Assembly (NCBI RefSeq): GCF_035084215.1
Contig: NC_090330.1
Span: forward strand, 110,670,001 to 110,734,000
DNA from: Heptranchias perlo
Lineage: Eukaryota
Length of the DNA: 64,000 nucleotides
Direction: 5' to 3'
In this document: in pieces, positions 33,501 through 47,000 of the stretch
Position numbering within the stretch: position 1 is the stretch's first letter
Layout of the letters: every line of letters begins with the position of its first letter
Translations under genes and position numbers: made by a program
The notes under the pieces: model-generated
Seen by the model: only the letters and a program-made list of their open reading frames with translations
Told to the model about the DNA's origin: nothing
Database searches by the model: none

Positions 33501-36500
33501 TATACAATGAACATTTCCTCAAACACTCTTTAAAATAGGTTGGGCAGAGTTTCCTTTTTAATGTTTGGACGTAAAGCACCGCCTGGTTGGGATTGGAGAA
33601 GAGCAACAGGCTGGGGAGATCACACTTCCCCTGTGCAGCCTGTGTGATTTCCCCTCCAAGCTCTGCAGAGGAAACTCTGCTCTGATGCCTGTAATGATCA
33701 GCAGTGATGAGACAAGACGTGTAGAATAAAGATCAAAATCATTAGCCCCAGTAATTCTATGTGAAGTGGAGGTACACTCCTGATGTCACCAATCTCCCCG
33801 GTGTCCTGGGGCCAATATTTATCCCTCAACCAACATCACTAAAACAGATTGTCTGGTCATTATCACATTGCTGTTTGTGGGATCTTGCTGTGCGCAAATT
33901 GGCTGCTGCGTTTCCTACATTACAACAGTGACTACACTTCGAAAAGTACTTCATTGGCTGTAAAGCATTTTGGGACGCCCTGAGGTTGTGAAAGGCGCTA
34001 TATAAATGCAAATCTTTCTTTTTCCTTCTAGTCCTGTGCATTACAAGGATACATGCAGTGACTAGTAATGTCACAGGTTAGTGCTTAACATGTTAATCCG
34101 TTCAATCATGTAAGTCAGCGCTATTCATTGTCATTGTATATACTTTAACAGTGCTAGACTAGTACTTAATTAGTTGAGTGAGTTATTAACTAACCAGTGA
34201 AGCCTGGAACTCCGTGAGGTCCTGGGTCACCCTTCACTCCTGGGACACCAGGGTGCCCAGCACTACCCTGTGGGCAAAAACAATTCACATTTAGTCATTC
34301 TGTACAAAACTAATCACCTGCTGGCTTATGGCTGCAAATTATCAGTCACCATCATTGTCAATCTGTTCAGAGTTAGCTCACTTATATCGCAGAAACTCGA
34401 GGACATTCAGCCCCTCGAGCCTGTTCCGCCATTCAATTAGATCATGGCTCATCTGTGCCTCAATTCCATTTACCCGTCTTTGCTCCGTATTCCTTAATAC
34501 CCTCACCCAACAAAAATCTATCGATCTTAGTCCAGAAATCTTCAATTGACCCCCAGCCTCAGCAGCTTTTTGGGGGAGAGAGTTCCAGATTTCCACTCCC
34601 CTTTGTGTGAAGAAGTGCTTCCTGACATCACCCCTGAACGGCCTGGCTCTAATTTTAAGGTTATGCCCCCTTGTTCTGGACTCCCCCCACCAGAGGAAAT
34701 AGTTTCTCTCCATCTACCCTATCAAATCCTTTAATCATCTTAAACACCTCGATTAGATCACCCCATAATCTATACTCGAGGGAATACAAGCCTAGTCTGT
34801 GCAACCTGTCCTCGTAATTTAACCCTTTTATCCCCGGTATCATTCTGGTGAATCTGCGCTGCACCCCCTCCAAGGCCGATATATCCTTCCTGAGGTGCGC
34901 TGCCCAGAACTGAACCCAATCTCCAGATGGGGTCTGACCAGAGCTTTATATAAACTGGAGCATAACTACCACCCCTCACGATTGTTAACATCTCTAACTG
35001 AGCTGACGATATTGATCCCACAAATAGCGATACTATGTCGTTTGCGTCAGGCATTTTTCATATTTTGTGGAAAGGATCCACATCACGACTGGAATTATTT
35101 TTCTTTCAAGATTAGTTTGAGGAGAATGTTTGAGGACTAAACATATTAAAACCTGCATCGTTCGGGAAACAGACCAATCAGCACTTGTCCAGCATTCCAT
35201 GAGATGGTTCACCCACCATCCCAACAGTGAGATGGTTCACCCACCACCCCAACAGTGAGATGGTTCACCCACCACCCCAACAGTGAGATGGTTCACCCAC
35301 CACCCCAACAGTGAGATGGTTCACCCACCACCCCAACAGTGAGATGGTTCACCCACCACCCCAACAGTGAGATGGTTCACCCACCACCCAAACAGTGCGA
35401 TGGTTCACCCACCACCTCAACAGTGAGATGGTTCACCCACCACCCCAACAGTGAGATGGTTCACCCACCACCCCAACAGTGAGATGGTTCACCCACCACC
35501 CCAACAGTGCGATGGTTCACCCACCACCTCAACAGTGAGATGGTTCACCCACCACCCCAACAGTGAGATGGTTCACCCACCACCCCAACAGTGAGATGGT
35601 TCACCCACCACCCCAACAGTGAGATGGTTCACCCACCACCCCAACAGTGAGATGGTTCACCCACCACCCCAACAGTGAGATGGTTCACCCACCACCCCAA
35701 CAGTGAGATGGTTCACCCACCACCCCAACAGTGAGATGGTTCACCGACCATCCCAACAGTGAGATGGTTCACCCAACATCCCAACAGTGAGATGGTTCAC
35801 CCACCACCCCAACAGTGCGATGGTTCACCCACCATCCCAACAGTGAGATGGTTCACCCACCACCCCAACAGTGAGATGGTTCACCGACCATCCCAACAGT
35901 GAGATGGTTCACCGACCATCCCAACAGTGAGATGGTTCACCCACCATCCCAACAGTGCGATGGTTCACCCACCACCTTAGCTTCCTAAATTATTGCAATC
36001 AAATTTTTTTTTTATTTGTTCATGGGATGTGGGCGTCGCTGGCGAGGCCAGCATTTATTGCCCATCCCTAATTGTCCTTGAGAAGACGCTGAGCCGCCTT
36101 CTTGAACTGCTGCAGTCCGTGTGGTGACGGTTCTCCCACAGTGCTGTTAGGAAGGGAGTTCCAGGATTTTGACCCAGCGACGATGAAGGAACGGCGATAT
36201 ATTTCCAAGTCGGGATGTTGTGTGACTTGGAGGGGAACGTGCAGGTGGTGTTGTTCCCATGTGCCTGCTGCCCTTGTCCTTCTAGGTGGTAGAGGTTGCG
36301 GGTTTGGGAGGTGCTGTCGAGAAAGCCTTGGGGAGTTGCTGCAGTGCATCCTGTGGATGGTACACACTGTGCGCCGGTGGTGAAGGGAGTGAATGTTTAG
36401 GGTGGTGGATGGGGTGCCAATCAAGCGGGCTGCTTTGTCCTGGATGGTGTCGAGCTTCTTGAGTGTTGTTGGAGCTGCACTCATCCAGGCAAGTGGAGAG

Positions 36501-39500
36501 TATTCCATCACACTCCTGACTCATGCCTTGTAGATGGTGGAAATGCATCAGGGGTTTAGTTTTCACCTTCACTGCCTGGGCAGTTCACTGGAGGAGCAGA
36601 TCGGCCGCCCGTTCTATAACTCGCCTGATGTCTATTTATAGTGGGGGGGGCAATTCGTTGACCCAGTTTACAGCCCAAGCGGTGAAAGTGAAAATGACCC
36701 CCAAGGTGTTGACAGGTTTAGAAAGGTAGATTTGAGGGTTTTTTTGCTCTCAGTGTAGAACATTGCGCAACATGATTGGGGATTTGGGCAAGGAATTCAC
36801 TGCGTCTTATTTGTAGGACATGTGACTACCTGTCCATTAAAATTAACGGATGGAATCACATAGAATTTCCAACACAGAAACAGGCCATTCGGCCCAACAG
36901 GTCCATGCTGGTGTTTATGCTCCACATGAGCCTCCTCCCAGTCTACTTAATTTCACCCTATCAACATTGCAACGGGATCTTGATAAATTGGGCCAGTGGG
37001 CCGATGAATGGCAGATGGAGTTTAATTTAGATAAATGTGAGGTGATGCATTTTGGTAGATCGAATCGGGCCAGGACCTACTCCGTTAATGGCAGGGCGTT
37101 GGGGAGAGTTATAGAACAAAGAGATCGAGGAGTACAGGTTCATAGCTCCTTGAAAGTGGAGTCACAGGTGGATAGGGTGGTGAAGCAGGCATTCGGCATG
37201 CTTGGATTCATTGGTCAGAACATTGAATACAGGAGTTGGGATGTCTTGTTGAAGTTGTACAAGACATTAGTAAGGCCACACTTGGAATACTGTGTACAGT
37301 TCTGGTCACCCTATTATAGAAAGGATATTCTTAAACTAGAAAGAGTGCAGAAAAGATTTACTAGGATGCTACCGGGACTTGATGGTTTGACTTATAGGGA
37401 GAGGTTGGATAGACTGAGACTTTTTTCCCTGGAGAGTAGGAGGTTGAGGGGTGATCTTATAGAAGTCTATAAAATAATGAGGGGCATAGATAAGGTAGAT
37501 AGTCAAAATCTTTTCCCAAAGGTAGGGGAGTCTATAACGAGGGGGCATAGATTTAAGGTGAGAGGGGAGAGATACAAAAGGGTCCAGAGGGGCAATTTTT
37601 TCACTCAAAGGGTGGTGAGTGTCTGGAACGAGCTGCCAGAGGCAGTAGTAGAGGCGGGTACAATTTTGTCTTTTAAAAAGCATTTGGACAGTTACATGGG
37701 TAAGATGGGTATAGAGGGATATGGGCCAAGTGCAGGCAATTGGGACTAGCTTAGTGGTATAAACTGGGCGACATGGACATGTTGGGCCGAAGGGCCTGTT
37801 TCCGTGTTGTAAACTTCTATGATTCTATGAACATATCCTTCTCTTCCTTTCTCCCTCCTGTCTTTATCCAGCTTCCCCTTAAATCCATCCACGAAGAGCC
37901 GTGATAATTTTGAGCAATAGTTTAACTTACGGGAGATCCCTGGATGCCTATCTCTCCCTTGGGTCCTGGAAAGCCTTGGAATCCTGGTGACCCTTGATCT
38001 CCTTTGGCTCCCTTTGTCCCGTCCAGTCCTGGAGCCCCAGGACCTCCTGATACACCAGGGGCGCCTGCAAAAATGAAAGCATGGGAGGACGAATTAGGTG
38101 CTCATCAGTACTTTCCACTAACCATCTGAACAAGACCAAAACCCCATGCGCTCAGAGATCAGTAGCTCCACAGCTGAGAAACCCCATTACCCTTTGCAGA
38201 TTGCAAAAGAATATTCAGGCTGCAACCCTTGAATTTTTCGGACGACTCTTGACCGTGGCGTCAACGTTTGCACCAAGCGCCAATCTCAGCCAAGAGGAGG
38301 GGTTGGAAACTGATCAGAAGAACTATTCAACAGCCAGCTGCTAAGAGGCCCATGTAGGGTCTCCAACTCTCCCGCGCTGTCCCGGAATCTCCGGGAATTA
38401 AAGATTGATCTGATGGGCACTGCGGCGGGCAAACCTGGGGGGACAGGTCATCGGGAATTGGCTGCAGAATTGGCAAACCAAAATGAGCAGTGCACCCTCT
38501 CATCGGCTTCCACTCTGGGACCTCCTCGCGCATCAGTTCCTGTGACGATAATGGTGGCGTAACGAGCTGCTCAGTGCCGTGCTCTGCTTGCCAGGTGACC
38601 GATGCTGCCGTCGCCACGCGCGCATCTGGAACTTTCTCTCCGTTTAAAACTCCTTTCCGTTTCTTTCACGAAACTCTCCGCTGCCTCGTGCTGACGTCAC
38701 CAGCCTCTGGAACCAAGGAGAGCGCGTGCAGTGAGCAAGAGGGGCCCCTGCCCCTTTCCTGGCCCAGTGCAAGGATGAGTCCCAAGGGAAACAGGAGGAC
38801 TTGAGATTCAAACGTGATGTTAAGGTCATGTATCATAGAATCTTACAGCACAGAGGGAGGCCATTCGGCCCATTGTGGACTATACCGGTTATGCAGCTAC
38901 AATGTTGGTGAAACCCAGGGAGTGCTGCACTGTCGGAGGGGCAGTACTGAGGGAGTGCTGCACCGTCGGAGGTGCCGTCTTTCGGATGAGACGTTAAACC
39001 GAGGCCCCGTCTGCCCTCTGAGGCGGATGTAAAAGATCCCATGTAGAAAAGCAGGGGAGTTCTCCCCGATGTTTCCTTGGAAACGCAGCAGCCAATTTAC
39101 ACACAGGAAGATCCCACAGACAGCAATGAGAAGAATGACCAATTAATGATTTTAGTGATGTTGGTTGAGGGATAAATATTGGCCAGGACATCGGGGAGAA
39201 CTCCCCTGCTCTTCTTCGAAATAGTGTCATGGGATCTTTTACATCCACCTGGGAGGGCCTCGGTTTAACATACAGAGAATGTTTATAATTCATACCATTT
39301 ACATGACAGCTGCTCTTTACTAATAAGGAGAAACTCTTTCCACTGGCAGGAGGCTCAGTAACCAGAGGACACAGATTTAAGGTCATTGGCAAAAGAACCA
39401 GAGAGGAGATGAGGAGAAATTTTTTTACGCAGCGAGTTGTGATGATCTGGAATGCGCTGCCTGAAAGGGCGGTGGAAGCAGATTCAATAATAACTTTCAA

Positions 39501-41013
39501 AAGGGAATTGGATAAATACTGAAAAGGAGAAATTTGCCGGGCCCAGTGGGAAGAGCAGGGGAGTGGGACTAATTGGACAGCTCTTTCAAAGAGCCGACAC
39601 AGACACGATGGGCCGAATGGCCTCCCTCTGAGCTGTACGATTCTATGAGGAGTTAGAAGTTAGCAGGATCCTAACAATTCATCATCACAGCAATCTTCAG
39701 CCAACCAATGGAAACGGGTACTTACCTGGACGGCCTATTTGTCCCGCATTTCCTTTATCACCTTTCAGACCCTCCAGAGCGATGTTAGGTGGTCCGGGGG
39801 GGCCTGGACTGCCCTGTTGTCCCTCGTTGCCTGGGAATCCTCGATCTCCTTTGATCCCCGGGACTCCAGGCGAGCCTGGGAATCCCGGTAAACCAAGATC
39901 ACCTTTCAAACCTGTCAGCCAGAACATGTCCATCGTTAGCAATTGGCCCCAACCCCACAGCTAACCACAGTTAGACGCAACTGGAGTCCTGTTCTGTCCC
40001 AGAGGCAGCAGAACTCTGGGGATGGGCATGGGGTTAATTCCCTCTGTGACTCCACATTAACTTTGTGTCTATGTTATTCAGTTTCAGTCATTCATTGATC
40101 TCAACGTTAGGCAGAGAGGAAGATAAGGTGAATGTGCTAAAAGTAAAAGACAGAAAGAATGAAATCCCTAGATGTTATAAGAGAGAGGATTTTTTAGATG
40201 CTTCTCCCCACAGGTATATAATGTTCAGCACCTTCATAGGATTGTTCCTTTTTACTCAGATTTATTCTATCCCAAACCCAGATATAAGCAACCACCTTCT
40301 TTATGCAGAGAACCTGACTTGAAAGTGGAGGGTGATCAGTCCACGGAGCGGAAGGAGAAACTCTCTTCTCCGGTGTTCCCCGACCTCCCTCACGTCCCTT
40401 CTTCAGGATCCCAGACGCTGAGATGCACCCCTTCTCCAGGCAACACACAATCTAATGCCTCTGCTCTTCTTATCACAAAATCTTTAGCTTTAGACTGAAT
40501 GGTCAAAGCCCTTTCACCCCATCTTAGGCAACTGTCCTCTCCAATCCGCTCAGGTGGATCTGGCCCCAGACCACTGTCTCATTGCAGCTTTGAAGCTTTC
40601 TTACTGACAGTCTGCGGAGTCTGTATCCTGATCAGGCCTCTTTTAGACAATGCCTTTGTTTATGGCTATCATGTTTACTCTGTTTCTGCAGTCTCAGCAA
40701 GGTCATTTATGGCCACCTGAGGAGAGGTGGGAAGGACCTGTTAGATGGCCTTTCTACTTTCTAGAGTTGGGGGTCTAGATTGGTCTTTGGTGGGAGTTCG
40801 AAACGGGCACTAGAGAATCGGCATCCCATTTTACACTCCGCCCGTTTTACACTCCGCCCGTTTATATTTTCCATTGATGGTCCAGGACAGATCCCGGTCT
40901 GGTCTGTGCCGAGTTAGTTGATCTCAGCTGGGATTCAGCACAATTGACCTTCGTGCTTCTGGGTTAGGGAGGAGATATAGTGGGCACAATTTGTACTCCT
41001 GATTATTGGTGAC

Positions 41014-41055
<42 letters not shown>

Positions 41056-44000
41056 GTTTGTGCACGTATGTATGTGTGGGTGTGGGTGTATGTGTTTGTG
41101 TACGTGCACATGCATGCATATGCATGATGTGTGCACGTATACGTGTGTGTGCNNNNNNNNNNNNNNNNNNNNNNNNNNNNNNNNNNNNNNNNNNNNNNNN
41201 NNNNNNNNNNNNNNNNNNNNNNNNNNNNNNNNNNNNNNNNNNNNNNNNNNNNNNNNNNNNNNNNNNNNNNNNNNNNNNNNNNNNNNNNNNNNNNNNNNNN
41301 NNNNNNNNNNNNNNNNNNNNNNNNNNNNNNNNNNNNNNNNATGGAGGGTGAGGACAGGATGGTTTTGCCCTGAGATGCCACGTGTAATTGAATAATCTGC
41401 CAACACTCACGCTCAAGGATCACTTGTGATTGAGCACCTGGGCAGGATGGGGGAATCATGGTCCACAAGGTGGGGCAGTGTCTCCAGGAAAGGAGGAGAA
41501 TTCCAGAGCTCAGGGCCTAGGCAGCTGAAGGCATGGCCGCCAATGGCCGAGCGAAGAAAATCGGGGCTGAACAAGAGGCCAGAATTGGAGGAGCGCAGAG
41601 ATCTCAGAGGGTTGTAGAGCTGGAGGAGGCCCACGGTGACCAAGCTCCCAGCAGGTAGGGCGACATTGAAAAATGGCCCTTTAAGTTCGGCTATGAGAAA
41701 AGAGAGAATGAATGGATCTGGGATGAAGGCAGGAAAGAGGTGAGATCGATGAAAACAATATTGGGCTTTGTTGGACCAAATTGTCTTCTCCTCTTGCTAA
41801 CATCCAACAACAACAACAAATTGCATTTATATAGCGCCTTTAATATAGCGAAACGTCCCAAGGCGCTTCACAGGAGCGATTACCAGACAAAAACTGACAC
41901 CGAGCCACATAAGGAGATATTAGGACAGGTGACCGAAAGCTTGGTCAAAGAGGTAGGTTTTAAGGAGCGTCTTAAAGGAGGAGAGAGAGAGGTGGAGAGG
42001 TGGAGATAGAATAATTTATTTAGGAAAGCCCAACCTTACCTTTTGGACCAGGTGATCCTGGAAGTCCTGGCATATCTCTTCCTGGGTTGCCTGGATAATT
42101 TTCAAAAAGGACAAATTGGAAATTAGATGCAAGTGTACAAATTAGACTCGGCTGTAACGTTTCAACACTTAAATTGGTATTTCTAGTGTAGAGTAGATTC
42201 CTACATATTGGGAATTCAGGCATGGAGATCAGTGGACTCTATAGGTCAAGTGGGGTCTTCAGGTCAAGTGTGGTCTTCAGGTCAAGTGGGGTCAGAGGCT
42301 GGGGGACAGTTGGACCAGGATGTGAAGATATAATTCAGTCTCTATTTTAAAGTCGGACGGCCTGTCCTTATTTCTATATTGCCGTTATAGATTCCTATGT
42401 CCACATTTATAATGGGAACTGCTCATGTAAACTGGTCACACTTAATTACACTCTCCTGGCAATGGAGACACTGCAGCTGCTCCCCTGGCAGGGTGATGTA
42501 ATTACAGCATGAGATAAATGCGGATGTAGGAATTTATAATAGAAAAAGTTGCCAGGAAGTGTGCAAAGACGCGAGGGCTATGAATTTCCACAGGGATTAT
42601 TGTCCTGATTTCCTACCATTACATAGAATTTACAGCATTCGGCCCAACGGGTCTGTGCCGGTGTTTATGCTCCACACGAGCCTCCTCCCTCCCCTCTTCA
42701 TCTCACCCTATCAGCATATCCTTCTATTCCTTTCTCCCTCATGTGTTTATCCAGCTTCCCCTTAAATACATCTATTCTATTCACCTCAACTACTCCTTGT
42801 GGGAGTGAGTTCCACATTCTCACCACTCTCTGGGTAAAGGAAATTTCTCCTGAATTCCCTATTGGATTTATTAGTGACTCTCTTATATTTATGGCCCCTA
42901 GTTTTGGATTCCCCCACAAGTGGAAACATTTTCTCTATGTCTACCCTTTCAAACCACTTCATAATTTTAAAGACCTCTATCACATCACTCCTCAGTCTCC
43001 TCTTTTGTAGAGAAAAGAGCCCCAGCCTGTTCAGTCTTTCCTGATATTATAACCTATTAATTCTGGTATCATCCTTGTAAATCCTTTTTGCACCTTCTCC
43101 AGTGCCTCTATATCCTTTTTGTAATATAGAGACCAGAACTGTTCACAGTGATCCAAGTGTGGTCTAACCAAGGTATATGGAGATCAGAACTGTGTACATT
43201 ACACCAAGTGTGGTCTAACCAAGGTATATGGAGACCAGAACTGTGTACAGTAAACCAAGTGCGGTCTAAGTAAGGTTACAATACGACCCCTGGAGACTGT
43301 TCCCGCCACTTCCCTTGGCGTCCTGACGGTTCCTGCTGATGGTATGTTGCAGTTGCCGATGGAGTGTCTCACTTGGCAGAGCGTGGGTTGGAGATTGGGC
43401 TATAACTCTACAGGGCCAATTGAGCGACTTGTACCCAGTGCAGCTCCACACCGACTGTACTGTGTACAGTTCTGGTCACCACATTACAGGAAGGATGTAA
43501 TTGAACTAGAGAGGGTACAGAGGAAATTTACGAGGATGTTGTCAGGGCTGGAGAATTTTAGCTATGAGGAAAGATTGGATAGGCTGGGGTTGTTTTCCTT
43601 GGAACAGAGGAGGCTGAGGGGTGATTTAATTGAGGTGTACAAAATTATGAGGAGCCCAGATAGAGTGGACAGGAAGGACCTATTTCCCTTAGCAGAGAGG
43701 TCAATAACCAGGGGGCATAGATTTAAAGTAATTGGTAGAAGGATTAGAGGGGAGCTGAGGAAAGATTTTTTCCCCCAGAGGGTGGTTGGGGTCTGGAACT
43801 CACTGCCTGAAAGGGTGGGAGAGGCAGAAACCCTCATTTAAAAAGTACTTGGATGTGCGCCTGAAGTGCCGTAACCTACAGGGCTACGGACCAAGTGCTG
43901 GAAAGTGGGATTAGGCTGGGTGGTTCATTTTCGGCCGGCGCGGACATGATGGGCCGAATGGCCTCCTTCTGTGCCGTAATTAACAGAACCTTGCAAACCT

Positions 44001-47000
44001 ATCCTGTAATCTACAGCAATGACACGGGAATTACACCGCAGTAGGTTTGAGACGTGTGTTAATATTTCCTCTGCTGAATGTAGATACTGGGGCAGAGTCC
44101 AATGCATCTGTGTCCAAGCATTTTGTTTGGCACATTGACAGGATTTAGAAACTTCGGAATTGCTGGCCAAAAAAAACCAAGATCCATCTTCTTCGCCTTC
44201 CACCATCCGGGTAATCACATGATACAACGATAATGGAGTTATTGACCAATCACAGCAATCAATCTCCGTCAATGAGTCTCCAACAGACCCAGACATGAGG
44301 TGAAGAAACCCCCAGTGGGGGAGAGATTTGGGAACCATAGGTCCAAAGTCACCTGATCCTCCCGAGCCTGTTACACTCACCACATCATGTCTCAAATTAC
44401 TCGTATACTGGATCCCCAAAAACGTTATTCTCTGAAAAAAACCGTGTGCCTCTCCATATTTTTATTGCCATCACACAGTTCATGTAAGAGGCAAACCCTA
44501 GTTTGATTGTCAACATCTGTTTTGTAATCATTCTTCAAGACGCGTGGTAATGGTACAGGATGCCAAGTAACCGCTCAATGTCTCGTTACCCAGTTAAGGC
44601 CTTGGTTAAAATCGGAGACAGCTGTATACACGTGTAAGCTAACCTTGGGTAGGTGGTAATCTAGGTCTGCCTGGTCAATTCAGCCAATGATGACAGTAAA
44701 TAGTAAACCTGTCATCTGTAATGGAAATTTAAGGGTAAGTTATTGCAATGTCTCCGTTTCCAGAACGGTGCATGACCTGGGAGCACAGGACCAGAATTGG
44801 GCCGGAGGTCAGCTGCCCTATTCACGGAGCTCTTGGATTTCCAGGGATTAGTTTTAATAACCTGTAAAATCGGGAGTGCGATGAATCAGACGCACTGACT
44901 TTCTCACCTGATCTACTGAATCCACACCCACAGGCAGCGAAGACCTACACCAAGAGACTCACCTCATAAAATTATCCCTTAACATTCAGAACGGGGCCAC
45001 GACTGCCACCATCGCCGGGCTGAACATACCCTCAAAACCTTTGCGATTGGTTCTTCATATTATTGGCTTACATTAAGAACGTAAAAAGGAGCAAAGGTTT
45101 TACGAGACATTAATCATTCACAATACCAAATGTTTATCCAGACATACTCGATACACATACCTTGATCACCCTTTTCACCAGTTGAACCTGGGATTCCATC
45201 AAGACCTGCTGAACCTTTACTTCCAGGCTCTCCTGATATACCCGGAGATCCAGGGGGACCTGACACAAAACATCAATGGCAATAAAGATCAATGAAAGAA
45301 AGAACTAATATTTATATAGCAGCTTATCACCTTCTTGGACACCCCAAAGTTCTTTACAGCTAGTGAGTTACTTCTTGACGTGCAGTCATTTCTGTTATGT
45401 GGGCTACTGTAATGAGGCTAAGTTGCATTGCAGATAAGATCTAAAAATAAGTAGTTTCCAATTTTTCTCCTCCAATTTTTTCTCAATACCTCTCATCTCT
45501 TGAAAGTAACTATTCGTGTTGGGGGAGGAATTTGTGGGCATCACGAGTCTCCAATTCTTCACTCAAATGGTTATTCTTCTTGTACGTGCCTTGCAATGAG
45601 TGCTGGCAGGTTATTCAACAAGGAAGGTCATTGATGCCAAGCCAATGATCTACATCTACATCATGCAATCCCAAAAAGGGGTTGTTGGGTAGTGATTAGA
45701 GGTGGGAATCTTCCTCAATTATTATTCTTTCCTCCCCCTCTGGCCCAGGGATACTGCGGAGCTCCACTTCCAGCCTGGCAGAGGTCAGCTAACTGAACGG
45801 AGATCTGTGATTAAATCAAGGACAATACTGGTCTATATGACCCAGGACCAAGGAGCATACAGGGTAGGATAAGGCAAAAATGCTGGCCTTGCCAGCGACA
45901 CCCACATCCCATGAACGAATTTTAAAAAAGGGAAGCTTATGCCAGATACCGAGAGCTCAATACTGCAGGAAGCCTAGAGGAGTATAGAAAGTGCAGGGTG
46001 AAATTAAAAAGGAAATTAGGAAAACAAAGAAAGAGCATGAAAAAGTATTGGCAAGTAAAAACAAGGAAAACCCAAAGACGTTTTATAAATACATAAAGAG
46101 CAAGAGGATAACTAAGGAAAGAGTAGGGCCTATTAGAGAGCAAAATGGTAACCTGTGTGTGGAGACGGAAGATGTGGGTATGGTTCTTAATGAACACTTT
46201 GCTTCTGTCTTCATAAAAGAGGGGGATGATGCAGAGATTGTAGTTAAGGAGGTGTGTGAAATATTGGATGGGATAAACAGAGTGAGAGAGGAAGTATTAA
46301 GGGGATTAGCATCTTTGAAAGTAGATAAATCGCCAGGCCTGGATGAAATGTATCCCAGGCTGTTAAGAGAAGCAAAGGTGGAAATAGCAGAGGCTCTGAC
46401 CATCATTTTCCAATCCTCCCTGGCTACAGGCGTGGTGCCGGAGGATTGGAGGACTGCTAACGTCATACCATTGTTTAATAAGGGAGAAAGAGAGAGACCA
46501 AGTAATTATAGGCCAGTCAATCTAGCCTCGGTGGTGGGCAAATTATTGGAAAAATCTCTGAGGGACAGAATAAATTGTCATTTAGAAAGGTACGGGTTAA
46601 TCAAGGACAGTCATCATGGATTTGTTATAGGGAAGGTCGTGTCTGACTAACTTGATTGAATTTTTTGAGGAGGCACAAGGAGGGTCGATGTGGGTAGTGT
46701 ATTTGATGTAGTGTTCGTGGATTTTAGCAAGGCTTTTGACAAGGTCCCACATGGCAGACTGGACAGAAAAGTAAAAGCCCATGTGATCCAAGGGAAAATG
46801 ACAAGTTGGATCCAAAATTGGCTCAGTGGCCAGAAGCAAAGGGTAATGGTCGACGGGTGTTTTTGCGACTGGAAGGCTGTTTCCAGTGGGGTTCCACAAG
46901 GCTCAGTACTAGGTCCCTTGCTTTTTGTGGTTGCACTAGAGAGGGTGCAGAGGAGATTTACGAGGATGTTGCCAGGACTGGAGAATTTTAGCTATGAGGA

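Noticed and set aside
38065-39725. Equivalents of the 9-bp alternative microexons 41A/41B of human COL4A5
   Set aside because: No convincing candidate identified by eye; needs RNA-seq.
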